Part shown: in pieces, positions 1-13,055 of the stretch
How the letters are laid out: every line of letters begins with the position of its first letter
Position numbering within the stretch: position 1 is the stretch's first letter
Source: Selaginella moellendorffii
Lineage: Eukaryota; Plantae; Lycopodiophyta
Length of the DNA: 64,000 nucleotides
Assembly (NCBI RefSeq): GCF_000143415.4
Contig: NW_003314270.1
Coordinates: 3,069,668 to 3,133,667, forward strand
Direction of reading: 5' to 3'
Position numbers and translations under genes: made by a program
The notes under the pieces: model-generated
Databases searched by the model: none
Seen by the model: the letters and a program-made list of their open reading frames with translations, nothing else
Told to the model about the DNA's origin: nothing

Positions 1-1385
1 TACCATGCCAGTTTTTTGCGAAGAGTGTAGCGCAGATACGCATCCGTCCCAAATGGTCGTAAGCCCATGTATTTACACATGCTTATCAATCGCGGCCTGC
101 GTTTACAAGGAAAACGTTTAAACCTTTGGTGCAGGAAAATCACGGCTCAGACCTGCTGATGTTGTCCAAAGTCAGTTCGTCATTGAAGAGCTTTGCAAAT
201 CCCAGTATGTCCGCGTTTTTTATGCTTTGTCCAGTGCGGACCTGCCAGAGACAAAGCATGTTCCATAAAACCAGATGACAAAAAATATTATTCGCGAGGA
301 CCTTGGTCATAAAGTCGTCAAGATCTTTGGCGGTTTTCTGAATATCTTCTCCCCGTTTGGATTTGAGCTCGTCCACCATTTCCAGTAACGCATTCTTTAA
401 GCCTTTCGCGTGGCGAAGCCGTGTTTCCAATCGTTTTGTCAACTCCGCCTGAAAAAACAGAACTAGACTGATTGTACGTTGGCGCAAAAGATATAAAACG
501 GACCTCCTGCTTCAACTTGTCCTGGAATGTCGATGGTAGCATGTTGGGGAAGACCTTGAGAAGAACTGGCAGTAAGAACTCCATGAAGGGCACGATGACG
601 ATGATTATGAACGGGACTAAACGAGCAATGTCTCCTGCTGTCCGCCTTAGTTGGAGCTGTTCTCTTCGGCTTAGCTTCTTACCACCCGAGAGCTGGACGA
701 GAAGCCTGGTGGAAATCCGGATCTCCGCCCATAGCAACTTACTTCCAACCCAATAATGTTGCAACTCCAGCCACACAGTCGTCTTTGCTTTCTTGAGCCA
801 CTTTGCCCAGTCCTCTCTGGAGTAAGCAAACTATTAAGAAAATCAAGGAACTAGCACTAACAAAAAACCTTGCCTGCTCATCGAAGCCATGTTTCTCAGT
901 CCCGAGCCGATCCTCACAAGCAGATTCCATGTCTTTTGCAGAAGGGTCTTCTTCTCCAACTTATCCGGCAAAGGATCGTCACTAACTTGGAGTTCTTCCA
1001 CTGATGCCGCAAGCCTCTTGCGCCACTTCCTCGCCTTTTCTTTCTCTTCCTCACTCGCCACCTTCCTATCATTTCTGGAAGAAGCATCGGAGGAGAAAAA
1101 TAACAATGGCGGGAGCCGAGCAGCAGCTCCATCCTTGAAGCCATGAGGGACACGAAATCTTCCCTGGTCTACTCTACGAAGCTCGACTCTATATCCATGT
1201 TGCTGCTGCTGCTGCTGCTTATCCCTTCCACCATTAGAAGACACAAGACAATCGAGCAAACTGGGAAGAGCTCGATATCCGGAGTTGTGTGGAGGGACGT
1301 AGCGAAAGCTGACAACAGTAGCGTTCCTGTGCTGTGCTAATCTTCTCACGGCAAAGCTGAGGCTCCCAGCAACACGGACTTCCAT
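1..1385 (-). CDS. LETM1: LETM1-family mitochondrial inner-membrane protein, multi-exon, 3' part runs off the window start
   Basis: Motifs HYWVGSKLLWAEIRIS, LSRREQLQLRRTAGDIARLVPF, MEFLLPVLLKVFPNMLPSTFQD, FAKLFNDELTLDNISR. ATG at 1385. First intron 817-873 (GC-AG). Confidence 0.93.
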
Positions 1386-1610
1386 GAGAAATCCAGCAGC
1401 ACGGCACCAAAGCAAAGCTGCCTCCCATTAGATCGTCGAGCAGTAAAAATCCAAATCTTGGTCCAGCCGTCCCGGGAAGATGGAAGGCCAAATGGCTGCT
1501 TGAATTCCCGGAGCAAACTAAACAAGGAGTCGTGACCATCTGGATCCAAAGTCTCCGATGTGGCACGGCCATGTCACACTAGCTAAGCTGCTGACAAGGA
1601 AGGTATTTTC

Positions 1611-1994
1611 TTACTTGCAATAGCGGTCGGCTTTCTTCTTCACGCGCTCGTCCAGAGCCGCCTCTCGCGATGCCGATTCCTTCACAGACGCCGCGACAGC
1701 CGCGGCCGCGGCAGCAGAAGATTTCGGGATCTCATACCCGAATCTCTTCGTCTCCACAGGGAAGAGCTCCTCGTATTTCTTACTCTTCTTCCCATCCGGC
1801 GCATGCCCTATCCCTGTGTCGATCTCATAGCCCCCGGATTCCTCCAGTGTCTTCCCTGCGCCGGATTCTTCCTCCTCCTGCGCCTTGGCTTTCTTCTTCT
1901 TCCTCTTCTTCGCGATCGGCCTGTCGGCCGCATTGGCGCCGAGCTTGAGCGAGAGCTTACCTCCCTTGACGCTCTCGTAGGCGGACGATGCCAT
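1611..1994 (-). CDS. Small basic nuclear protein, FRG1-like termini without the central fascin domain
   Basis: Intronless 127-aa ORF: N-terminal AYESVKGGKLSLK plus a poly-Lys NLS, C-terminal ALDERVKKKADRYCK. Telo-box-like AACCCTAA just upstream. Confidence 0.75.
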   Translation of the reverse strand: MASSAYESVKGGKLSLKLGANAADRPIAKKRKKKKAKAQEEEESGAGKTLEESGGYEIDTGIGHAPDGKKSKKYEELFPVETKRFGYEIPKSSAAAAAAVAASVKESASREAALDERVKKKADRYCK

Positions 1995-3822
1995 CCCTAA
2001 GAACCCTAAAATTTAGGGCTCTAGATTCTTTAACCCTTGAATCTTTAGACATCTAACTTGCCAGTGGCTGTATGTTATAAACCACGTCAAATTTCCGTGA
2101 ATGTTAAATGTGAAACCAAATGTTGAAATAAAATATGTAACGAAAGATTCTATAATATCCTATTATACACTACTTGTACAGATCCTCTACTTGGCTTGGT
2201 GTGTGATAGCCCAAAATGTATTGTCCTACTCAAAAATATCACTGAAGTTGATGTTTTAACAGGCTTTAACACTACCACACATGGAGAATATACTTGGAAA
2301 TATGATATTCCTTGTAGGATGAGTGGCCAATCAATCGATCCAACACGCCACAGAGAACAATGTTGGTGTGATACACGATTTGGTTGTGTTGTTTGCTAGT
2401 TTCTTATTTCATGGCTGTGGGTGAAACAAACAAAGGCCAACGCTCATAGAATATTCTTAGAATTTTTCAGTTGGTCGTGTTGTTCTCCTTTCATCCATTA
2501 ATAGTAGTATTTGAAAAGCTAAACTAACTTTAGATGAAGAGAGTCCAAGGTAATACTTAAATGAAGGGAGTTCAAAGTAATACAGCCATAGAGAAAAGAT
2601 GTGTAAATAGCAATATCAACATTGTAGCACACAAAAATGAAAGAAAAAAAAATTCATATGATAATACAGTTATGGAAATAAAAGAATAAGAATAAAGCAA
2701 TAACTCAAATTATATAATAATACGGTTAAAAAACTTAATTTTCCCCTTCTTCGGAAAGCCATATTGGAAACTCAGAAACACTTTTTTCATGTCCATCCTT
2801 GATTTCATGTGACCTCATCCATGAATAACTATTCTATTGAACCAAAAATTCCTAAATTGTTTTGTTATATGCCTTTACTAACTTTTGAGTGAAAATTCTT
2901 ATTGGACTAATCTTTTCAACATTAATCTTTAAGACTTGGATTATGAATTGATCCATAACATCACTAGAGTGTATACATGTTTTAAACTTGGTGATATGAA
3001 TGTTTGATGAATTTTCAAACTAACTAATAAATCCAAAGTGTAAGTAAGATCCCCCACATATTGTTAAATTGTCCAAAGTCCATAATATTGTAGAGACAAC
3101 TTAACACTATTACCTCCTTTTAGAGACCATTTTACATTACTTAGCTTAAAGAAAATTTTATCAGCAATTTTATACTTTTGATGATAATGATATTCATTAG
3201 TTAACCTTTTATCTTGTTTTTGAGCTTGCCTGCTCAAGATTATTTGAATAATCTTGAGAAAATCACAAACTCAAACTCACAATAAGCCTTGATTTATAAC
3301 TATATGAATGGCAATGCTAATAATTAATTATTAAGCACTATTGTAAACAAACTTAAGCAAACTTAGGTTCTTTTTTATACTCCTCGCTAAGTCAAGTTTC
3401 CCACTTCTAAAAACTAATTTATATGCTTTATCTATCAATTCAATTGATTGTAGATGCTTACTATTAATTATGCTCAACTTAGTCTCTAACTCGCAAAGAC
3501 TCTCAATATTGCACTCTTAAGCAATCTTTAACTTTCTATCATAAAATTATTCTTTCTCTATGTTTTAGGTAGTATTGCCCTAAAGTTATACTCCTTACTC
3601 ATTTCATTGATATATATTAGAATAGATGGCAAAGGAGTGGGATATTGAGAAATATGACATTAATGATGATGACTATGATGAAAAAGAGGAGACTCTTAAT
3701 GATAGAAATAGAAACTCAAAAAACATAAAAAAGGTAAAGGGATATTTATCAATTTTATGTTTGTGATTGACAACCATATGTGGTTTTGGTTTAAAAACAA
3801 GTATATGATTGGAGGAGAGGAG

Positions 3823-5578
3823 ATGGAGGAGAGAGCGATGGCGGCAAATCACGCGCCATTGTCACCGCTCAGCTTCCTCTATAGATCCGCGGCAGTGTTT
3901 GGGGACAAAACATCGCTGATTCACGGCGCCTCATCCTTCACTTGGTCGCAAACTCTGGATCGATGCCGCCGTCTCGCATCCGCAATCTCACTCCGGCTCG
4001 GCGTCAATCCTGGCGCTGTGGTATGCGAGATTCCAGTGCTCTCGATCGAAATTGGCCGATCGATCCATCGAAATATCGTGTTCTTGGTTGTCATTTCTTG
4101 TTCTTGCGTTCTTCCAGGTCTCCGTCGTGGCGCCCAACGTCGCCGCGATCTATGAGATGCACTTCGGCGTTCCCATGGTCGGGGCGATCCTCAACACGAT
4201 CAACTTCCGGCTGGACGCGCGCACAATCGCGCTGCTGCTGGATCACGCCCAGAGCCGCGCGGTCTTCGTGGACTCGGAGTTCTTCCCTCTCGTCACGCAA
4301 GCTCTCCAGCTCCTGGCCGAATCGTCCAAGCCTCTCCCCGAGCTCATCCTTATCAAAGATAAGTCCTATACTTCTCAAGCAGCTCACAGCTATGGTGGAA
4401 TTCTAGAGTACGAGGAGTTGCTCGAGAATTCCAGCCCGGATTTTCCTCTCGTCTTTCCCGATGATGAAGAACAATCCATCGCCTTGAACTACACGTCCGG
4501 TACCACCTCCAGGCCCAAGGGTGTTCTCTACACTCACCGTGGAGCGTATCTCAACTCCATAGCCAGCATTCTCCTGTGGGAGATGGGACCTTTTCCAGTC
4601 TACCTCTGGACGCTCCCAATGTTCCACTGCAATGGCTGGTGTTTTACGTGGGCGATCGCGGCCCAAGGTGGAACCAACATTTGTCTACGCAACGTCACTG
4701 CCAAGGCCACCTTTGACGCCATAGCCGAGAGCTCCGTCACTCACCTCTCTGGAGCTCCCACGGTCCTCAACATGATCGCCAGCTCCATCCCCAGCGAGAG
4801 GAGAGATCTTCCACACAAGGTGGCGGTGAGAGTCGGGGGCGCTCCTCCGCCACCGGCGATTCTCTCGAGCATGGAGGAGCTCGGCTTCGTCGTAACACAC
4901 TCTTACGGCCTCACGGAGACTTACGGGCCGGCGCTATTCTGCGCGTGGCGGCCTCACTGGAACTCTTTTCCTCTCGAGGAGCGAGCCAAGCTCAAGAGCC
5001 GGCAAGGCGTCGTCCACCTCGGGCTCCACCAGGCCGACGTCAAGGATCCGGCAACCATGGAGTCGGTTGCCCGAGATGGCCGGACACTGGGAGAAGTGAT
5101 GGTCCGCGGAAGCACTGTGATGAAAGGCTACCACAGAGACGATGAAGCGACGAGGGCGGCGTTCCAGGGAGGATGGTTCCATACCGGTGACTTGGGAGTG
5201 ATCCATCCGGATGGTTACATCCAGCTGCGCGACCGATCCAAGGATATCATCATCTCGGGTGGCGAGAACATCAGTAGCATCGAGGTGGAGTCCATTCTCT
5301 ACGGCCATCCGGAAGTTCTCGAGGCGGCCGTGGTCGCTCGGCCCGACGATTTCTGGGGGGAGACGCCCTGCGCGTTCGTGACGCTCAAGAGGAGTGGTGG
5401 TGCGACCAGCGCTCGAGAGATCATCGATTACTGCCGGGCTCGGCTGCCCCACTTCATGGTTCCTCGATCTGTGGTGTTTGGAGCGCTTCCAAAGACTTCC
5501 ACTGGTAAGGTCCAAAAGTTCTTGCTCCGGGACAGGGCCAGAGCCATGGGAAGCCTCAGAGCTCCCAGCAAGCTTTGA
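3823..5578 (+). CDS. Peroxisomal acyl-activating enzyme (AAE1/AAE5-type acyl-CoA synthetase), copy 1
   Basis: Exons 3823-4020 and 4118-5578 (GT-AG intron). AMP-binding motif YTSGTTSRPKG, YGLTE, GWFHTGD, PKTSTGK. C-terminal SKL (PTS1). Confidence 0.95.
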
Positions 5579-5811
5579 TACTAATAGATGGTTGTATTAT
5601 AAGAAAGCATCAAGCAGAATTCTGATATTGTTTCAAATATGCCACAATGGCACGCAATAACATGTCTTTTGCTTATTAGCATCTTATAAGCATATTCTGC
5701 ATGAATCAACAGTGAACAAGATTGTTACAGGATTGAATAAGATTTCCTGCTTTCTCGAAATTCATGGTCAAGCGACAAGGTTGGTTCAAAACTTCTCTCC
5801 TCCAGTATTTG

Positions 5812-8139
5812 TTATTGAAACTGCGAGGAGACTTTGTCGAGAAGAGGAACTCTTTTAACTGCGAGAGAGATTTTGTTAAACCAGTTATGAAAAAAAGAGA
5901 AGTTGTGATACTTACCATCGCCGTAGCAAGCCATGGTTACTGGGGTGGAAATAATCTTCTCAGCAACTTTGCGAATATCATCCAAAGTCAGCTCACGAAC
6001 GGTGTCGATAAACTCCTTTGCGGGTTTCCTGTCACCAAATAAAATGGTTACAATAGATTCACAAACCATTTAGCTCTCTAACCTGCAACCATAGGTGAGA
6101 ATTTGCCGACCAATGTCCTCATTCACGACCACCTACAAAGAAAACATTTTGTTTATCTATGGAAAGACAAAAAGTTTTTTTTTTTTTTTTTGGAAGAAAA
6201 TATTGTTCTACTTCACGAACCCGAGACTCGAGATTCATCAAAACAAGTGAAACGGTTGCATTCTTTGCGCGCTCCAATTCAATCTCGTCGACTGGAATGG
6301 AAAAGAGCGATCACAGACAAGCGAGAAGAGAAAAGTTTCAAAGTACCTTCTCCAGGTTCTGCCACAGAAATAAGCTCATCTCCTATGAGATCTACAAGCT
6401 CGCCTACAAACTTGTGCTCCTAGAAGAAGATCACAGGAACACGCGTTTAGCAACTAGAAACTATTGCGAGAGGGTGCTACTCACAGACGATGCGTGAATT
6501 CCAAACAAGCCGGAGTCATTGTACACGGAAGTAAAAGCAGTAAAATTCTCCACCTTGGGATGAACAGCCAGAACGCGAGTATCTGGAAGAGTTATTGGAA
6601 AATCCAAGTAAGAAAAAAACCAAAACCACGAACCGTACTTACACAATCTAGAATGGACACCCTTGCCCGGGCCTCCGGAAGAAAACGAACCACCTCCTCC
6701 AAGAAGCGACTAAAGGACGCAGACATTCTTACAGTAAACTTGATAGAGAAGGGAATCTTACTTGTAACACGGTCGCCGTGACAGCATCGCGTTCGTTTCT
6801 CCAGCCACCAGGGATTTCAAACGCGATGGAAACCGATGTAGTCTGCTTAAGGAATGAAAGTATTAAATCTGTCTACACTTCCACACAGAAAGAACAAGAA
6901 AAAAACGAAGAGGAAGAAGAAAAACTCTTACATCACTTTCGCCTTGAAGCCGCCACTCGCCACCAACATACTCGGACTTCACAGGCTCTGGAGGAGCCAC
7001 CAGAGGCATGTCCTCGAACAACGGTTTAACCAGCGAGAGGAAATAGTCGTGTTCGACGCCAGAGCCAGCGAAAACCATCCGTGAAGCTGTATAGTTTGCC
7101 TAGAAAGATCCATGGTATTAGAAAACCACAAGAACAAGGAAAACTAAAAGAAGAGAGGAAGAACTTACAGCTACAAACTCGTGAAGAGCGCGAGAGTCGA
7201 CTCTATCCAACGAGGACTCGCTTGTCACCAGTGCTTTGCCAAGAGGGCCCTTATAACCGGCAGGATGGAGAGCCTCGAGAAGCATTGCTTGAGGATCCTT
7301 CGCCATCTCTTGAATCTCTTCTCTCAAGATATCCACCTGTGGATCCAAAAGAAAAAGAAAGTTCTCAAAGATGATCAATCAACCAGCGAGAAAGGGACCT
7401 GTTCTTTGATTTCCCAGTCGTGGAAAGCCGGGTTCCGGATGCTATCGGCAAGAAGCTCCACAATCTCGGGAACAAAGCTCCTTATCACATCACCCGTATA
7501 AGACATTTGCTCTCGCGAAGCAGACGCAAGAACATTACCGCCGATGGCTTCCGCTTCGCGGACAAGCCTCAAGTGCGTCCGGTTTCGCGTGCTCTTGAAA
7601 GCCATGCGTTCCAGAATATGGCTCACGCCGGAGTTGAAAGGAGTCTCGTGAGAGCTGCCGGAATCAACATAAACTCCAATGGTTGCTGTCGGTCCCTGCA
7701 CGAGAGATGGAGTAAGAACTCTCACAAAAAAAAAACGATTTTGAGCGTAGAAAACCATCGAGAATGGCAAGAGCTTCTCACCATAGTGTTCTCGGAAGCC
7801 ACCGTCAATCCATTGGCGAGTTTGGTGATTTTAGTCTCCACTGGCAGAGCAAAGCCATCGTCCAGATCGAGAGGGAGTTTGACGCCTGGAAGAGGCTCGT
7901 AGAGCGTGGGAAGATCTGATAGCAGGCCCTTCTTTTTCTTGCGCTGGAACCACGAGAGCAACCCCTTTCCTTTGGGCTCCTCTGCGGCTGCTGTTCTGGC
8001 TGCTAAAGCTTGCTTGGAGACTCTGGAAGTCGAGATCGATCTCCAAGTATCGAGAGCGGCCTGAAAGAACTGATTCAATCGCCGCATTCAAGCTCCCAAT
8101 GAGAGATCTCACCTCGCCCAGCCGCCTCGCTTTCTTCAT
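5812..8139 (-). CDS. Mitochondrial processing peptidase alpha subunit (M16 family), multi-exon, apparently intact
   Basis: Short first exon MKKARRLGE (8113-8139). Motifs [37 protein letters not shown], Gly-rich [23 protein letters not shown]. Confidence 0.92.
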
Positions 8140-8169
8140 CCCCCTCGCTAGGGTTTATTCAAGGTTTAA

Positions 8170-9100
8170 GGACCCTAAATTTTAGGGCTCTTGGGCAAGC
8201 GGTCGAGACGAAGAAGAAATCCAGGGATCCAGGGAAGAAAGCCGACCGCTATTGCAAGTAAGCCTGGGCAGCTTAGCTAGTTCTGCCACATCGAAGACTT
8301 TGGATCCAGATGGCCACGACTCCTTGTTTAGATTGCCCCGGGAATTCAAGCAGCTTCCATCGTCTGGATCGACCAAGATTCGACGATCTAAGAGGCAGGT
8401 AGTGGGAGCGTCAGCTTGGCCGTGAGAAGATTAGCACAGCACAGGAACGCTACTGCTGTCGCTACTTTCCTTCACACAACTCCGGCTATCGAGTTCTTCC
8501 CAGTTTGCTTGATTGTCTTGCGGTGAGAGGAGGGAGAAAGAGAAGCAGCAGCAGCAACATATCGAGTCGCTCAACAACAACAAATATCAAGGATGGAGCT
8601 GTTCTCATTCCGATGCTTCTTCCAGAAAGGGCAGGAAGGTGGCGAGTGAGGCTGAAGAACTCCACGTTAGTGATGATCCTTGGCCGGATAAGTTGAAGAG
8701 GAAGGCCCAACCAGAAACTCGCTTTCGGAACCCGAGGGCTAGTTTCCTTGACACCACAAGAGATGATAGCGTCTTAAGTCTGAAGAGCTTTCTGCAGAAG
8801 CAAATGGCTCGACTTTTAGATCGCTCTGTTCCAGGTAAAAACTTGGACTTTCGTTTCTGGTTATTTCATTGCTTGCTGTTTGATTTCTTGCAGAGCGTTC
8901 CCAGCGAGAAGAGCGCCAGCATTTCCAGAACAGCTCAGAGAGAGCTCATCAAGGTATTTTCCCACAAGAAAAGAAAATCCGCTAACACTCGTTACTCTTT
9001 CTCCAGCAAAAGCAAACACCACCGACCAAAAAAGCCTAAGTAGCTGCTTATAACTTCCGTCGGAGTTTTCAGGCAACTTGCTGGCCATTGGGAAAAGAAG
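8170..9100 (+). pseudogene. Deletion-riddled inverted copy of the FRG1-like gene end and LETM1
   Basis: 8232-8262 is the KADRYCK-stop end of the FRG1-like gene. 8270-8730 is the reverse complement of ~890-1590 with many internal deletions. 8790-8950 resembles later LETM1 exons (WLDL..RSVP, ELIK followed by a GT donor). Right boundary approximate. Confidence 0.75.
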
Positions 9101-9680
9101 AAGAAGCATTTTATGGTCGCAATGGCTGATAATGTGAAGCTCTCATCTTGTGTCTTCTACTGATATGGGAATTCCGGATCTATGCGTCTGAGCCAACTGT
9201 AAGAAACCCACTTTAAAGTTTTTGCTTGAAATTGAGAGGAAACCTTTATGTCACAATGTCATTGTGGCACCTTGGCATCATCCACCATAACAATTTCCCA
9301 TGGGCATCCTTTTCATCAAACCGTGGGAGAGAACCTCCTGTTTCTATGCACTTCAAGCACCATCTTAAATCAGGGGAATTTTTCAAGAATATTCTATGGC
9401 CTGGGTTAGGTGTCAATCAATTTTGTGAGGACAAAATGAAAATTGACTTTTTATGACAAAACTTATGGCCATATTTCATGGTAATCACCAAACCAACTTT
9501 TTTATGAAGATTTTCTACACTTTATCAATAAGCTTGTAGAGCTTGATCTCTGCTAGATATTAAGCAGAGGACTTTGTTTTTAGATGCATATGCTGATTTT
9601 GTGATCTTTTCAGATGTATTGACACCTACAATGAATTACTAAAGGTTTGAGTTCAATAAATATGCAGTAGAAAGTCAAGA

Positions 9681-10667
9681 ACATCGGTTTCCATCGCGCT
9701 TGAAATCCCTGGTGGCTGGAGAAACGAACGCGATGTTGTCACGGCGACCGTGTTACAAGTAAGCTTCCCTTCTCTATCAAGTTTACTGTAAGAATGTCTA
9801 CGTCCTTTAGTCGCTTCTGGTTCGTTTTCTTCCGGAGGCCCGGGCAAGGGTGTCCATTCTAGATTGTGTAAGTACGGTTCGTGGTTTTGGTTTTCTTCTT
9901 ACTTAATTTTTCCAGTAACTCTTCCAGATACTCGCATTCTGGCTGTTCATCCCATGGTGGAAAATTTTACTGCTTTTACTTCCGTGTACAATGACTCCGG
10001 CTTGTTTGGAATTCACGCATCGTCTGTGAGTAGCACTCTCTCGCAATAGTTTCTAGTTGCTAAACGCGTGTTCCTGTGATCTTCTTCTAGGAGCACAAGT
10101 TTGTAGGCGAGCTTGTAGATCTCATAGGAGATGAGCTACTTTGAAACTTTTCTCTTCTCGCTTGTCTTTGATCGCTCTTTTCCATTCCAGTCGACGAGAT
10201 TGAATTGGAGCGCACACAGAATGCAACCGTTTCACTTGTTTTGATTAATCTCGAGTCTCGGGTTCGTGAAGTAGAACAATATTTTCTTCCAAAAAAAAAA
10301 AACTTTTTGTCTTTCCATAGATAAACAAAATGTTTTCTTTGTAGGTGGTCGTGAATGAGGACATTGGTCGGCAAATTCTCACCTATGGTTGCAGGTTAGA
10401 GAGCTAAATGGTTTGTGAATCTATTTGTGACCATTTTATTTGGTGACAGGAAACCCGCAAAGGAGTTTATCGACACCGTTCGAGAGCTGACTTTGGATGA
10501 TATTGGCAAAGTTGCTGAGAAGATTATTTCCACCCCAGTAACCATGGCTTGCTACGGGTGATGGTAAGTATCACAACTTCTCTTTGTTTCACAACTGGTT
10601 TAACAAAATCTCTCTCACAGTTAAAAGAGTTCCTCTTCTCGACAAAGTCTCCTCGCAGTTTCAATAA
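9681..10667 (+). pseudogene. 5'-truncated MPP-alpha pseudogene (3' exons only)
   Basis: Near-identical reverse complement of 5812-6839. Has a 10-bp deletion in the Gly loop (~9817), a deletion removing an exon end at ~10137, and a +1 insertion at ~10558. Confidence 0.9.
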
Positions 10668-11000
10668 CAATTACTGGAGGAGAGAAGTTTTGAACCAACC
10701 TCGTCGCTTGACCATGAATTACGAGAAAGCAGGAAATCTTATTCAATCCTGTAACAAAGTTATTCGTTCACTGTTGTATTCATGCAGCATATGATTTAAG
10801 ATGCTAATAAGTATATCTCAGTATGTTAGTCTATTCACAAGTGCTTAAAAGGAGCTTTTTGCACGATTGCTGCAAAGGACCTGTTATTGATGGTACGTGC
10901 CATTGTGGCACATTTGAAACAACTCAGTTTGTGATATATTAGAATTCTGCTTGATCAATGCTTTCTTATATTACTACCATCTTACTAAACATAATTAGTA

Positions 11001-12748
11001 TCAAAGCTTGCTGGGAGCTTTGAGGCTTCCCATGGCTCTGGCCCTGTCTCGGAGCAAGAACTTTTGGACCTTACCAGTGGACGTCTTTGGAAGCTCTCCA
11101 AACACCAGGGATCGAGGAACCATGAAGTGGGGCATCCGAGCCCGGCAGTAATCGATGATCCCTCGAGCGCTGGTCGCACCACCAATGTCCTTGAGCGTCA
11201 CGAATGCACAGGGCGTCTCCCCCCAGAAATCGTCGGGCCGAGCGACCACAGCCGCCTCAAGAACTTCCGGATGGCCGTAGAGAACCGACTCCACCTCGAT
11301 GCTACTGATGTTCTCGCCACCCGAGATGATGATATCCTTGGATCGGTCGCGCAGCTGGATGTAACCATCCGGATGGAGCACTCCCAAGTCACCGGTATGG
11401 AACCATCCTCCCTGGAACGCCGCCCTCGTCGCCTCATCGTCTCTGTGGTAGCCTTTCATCACAGTGCTTCCGCGGACCATCACTTCTCCCAGCGTCCGGC
11501 CATCTCGGGCAACCGACTCCATGGTTGCCGGATCCTTGACGTCGGCCTGGTGGAGCCCGAGGTGGACGACGCCTTGCCGGCTCTTGAGCTTGGCTCGCTC
11601 CTCGAGAGGAAAAGAGTTCCAGTGAGGCCGCCACGAGCAGACTAAAGCCGGCCCGTAAGTCTCCGTGAGGCCGTAAGCGTGTGTCACGACGAAGCCGAGC
11701 TCCTCCATGCTCGACAGGATCGCCGCTGGCGGAGGAGCGCCCCCGACGATCACCGCCACCTTGTCCGGAAGATCTCTCCTCTCGCTGGGCATGGAGCTGG
11801 CGATCATGTTGAGGACCGTGGGAGCTCCAGAGAGGTGAGTGACGGAGCTCTCGGCTATGGCATCAAAGGTGGCTTTGGCAGTGACGTTGCGTAGACAAAT
11901 GTTGGTTCCACCCTGGGCAGCGATCGCCCACGTAAAGCACCAGCCATTGCAGTGGAACATTGGGAGCGTCCAGAGGTAGACTGGAAAAGGTCCCATCTCC
12001 CACAGGAGAATGCTGGCTATGGAGTTGAGATAAGCTCCACGGTGAGTGTAGAGAACGCCCTTGGGCCTGGAGGTGGTACCGGACGTGTAGTTCAAGGCGA
12101 TGGACTGTTCTTCATCGTCGGGGAGGACGAGAGGAAAATCCGGGCTGGAATTCTCGAGCAACTCCTCGTACTCTAGAATTCCACCATAGCTGTGAGCTGC
12201 TTGAGAAGTATAGGACTTATCTTTGACAAGGACGAGCTGGGGGAGAGGCTTGGACGATTCGGCCAGGAGCTGGAGAGCTTGCGTGACGAGAGGGAAGAAC
12301 TCCGAGTCCACAAAGACCGCGCGGCTCTGGGCGTGATCCAGCAGCAGCGCGATTGTGCGCGCGTCCAGCCGGAAGTTGATCGTGTTGAGGATCGCCCCGG
12401 CCATGGGAACGCCGAAGTGCATCTCATAGATCGCGGCGACGTTGGGGGCCACGACGGAGACCTGGAAGAACAAGAAATGACAACCAAGAACACGATATTT
12501 CGATGGATCAATCGGCCAATTTCGATCGAGAGCACTGGAATTTCGCATACCACAGCGCCAGGATTGACGCCGAGCCGGAGTGAGATTGCGGACGCGAGAC
12601 GGCGGCATCGATCCAGAGTCTGCGACCAAGTGAAGCATGAGGTACCGTGAATCAGCGATGTCCTGTCCCCAAACACTGCCGCGGATCTATAGAGGAAGCT
12701 GAGCGGCGACAATGGCGCGTGATTCGCCGCCATCCCTCTCTCCTCCAT
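11001..12748 (-). CDS. Peroxisomal acyl-activating enzyme, copy 2
   Basis: Exons 12551-12748 and 11001-12461. Same motifs as copy 1, ends in SKL. Confidence 0.95.
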
Positions 12749-13055
12749 CTCCTCTCCCCTATTCCTCCCGTGATCCTCCAATCATATACTTGTTTTAAAA
12801 CCAAACGTCCTCTTTTATTTGACCAAAGCTTTAGCATTTCGCAGCTTTCTACCTCGATCGAGCGCTGGAAGAAACACGAAAGAATTCTAAAACCAGATCC
12901 TTCAGCAAGAAACTCGACCACTCACCATCTTGCTCGTAGCAGTAGCAAAACTTCGATCACCACTCGACCATCATCCTTCTTTGCAAACTGGACCATCGCT
13001 CGCGATCTTCTTCTTGTAATGCAGCGCAATGGATCATCGCGATCTTCTTCATTTT

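Larger units (their letters stand above)
3785..12805. repeat. ~3.1-kb inverted segmental duplication (arms ~3785-6839 and ~9681-12805)
   Basis: High-identity reverse-complement match covering the AAE gene, the intergenic spacer and the MPP-alpha 3' half, introns included. Confidence 0.95.
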
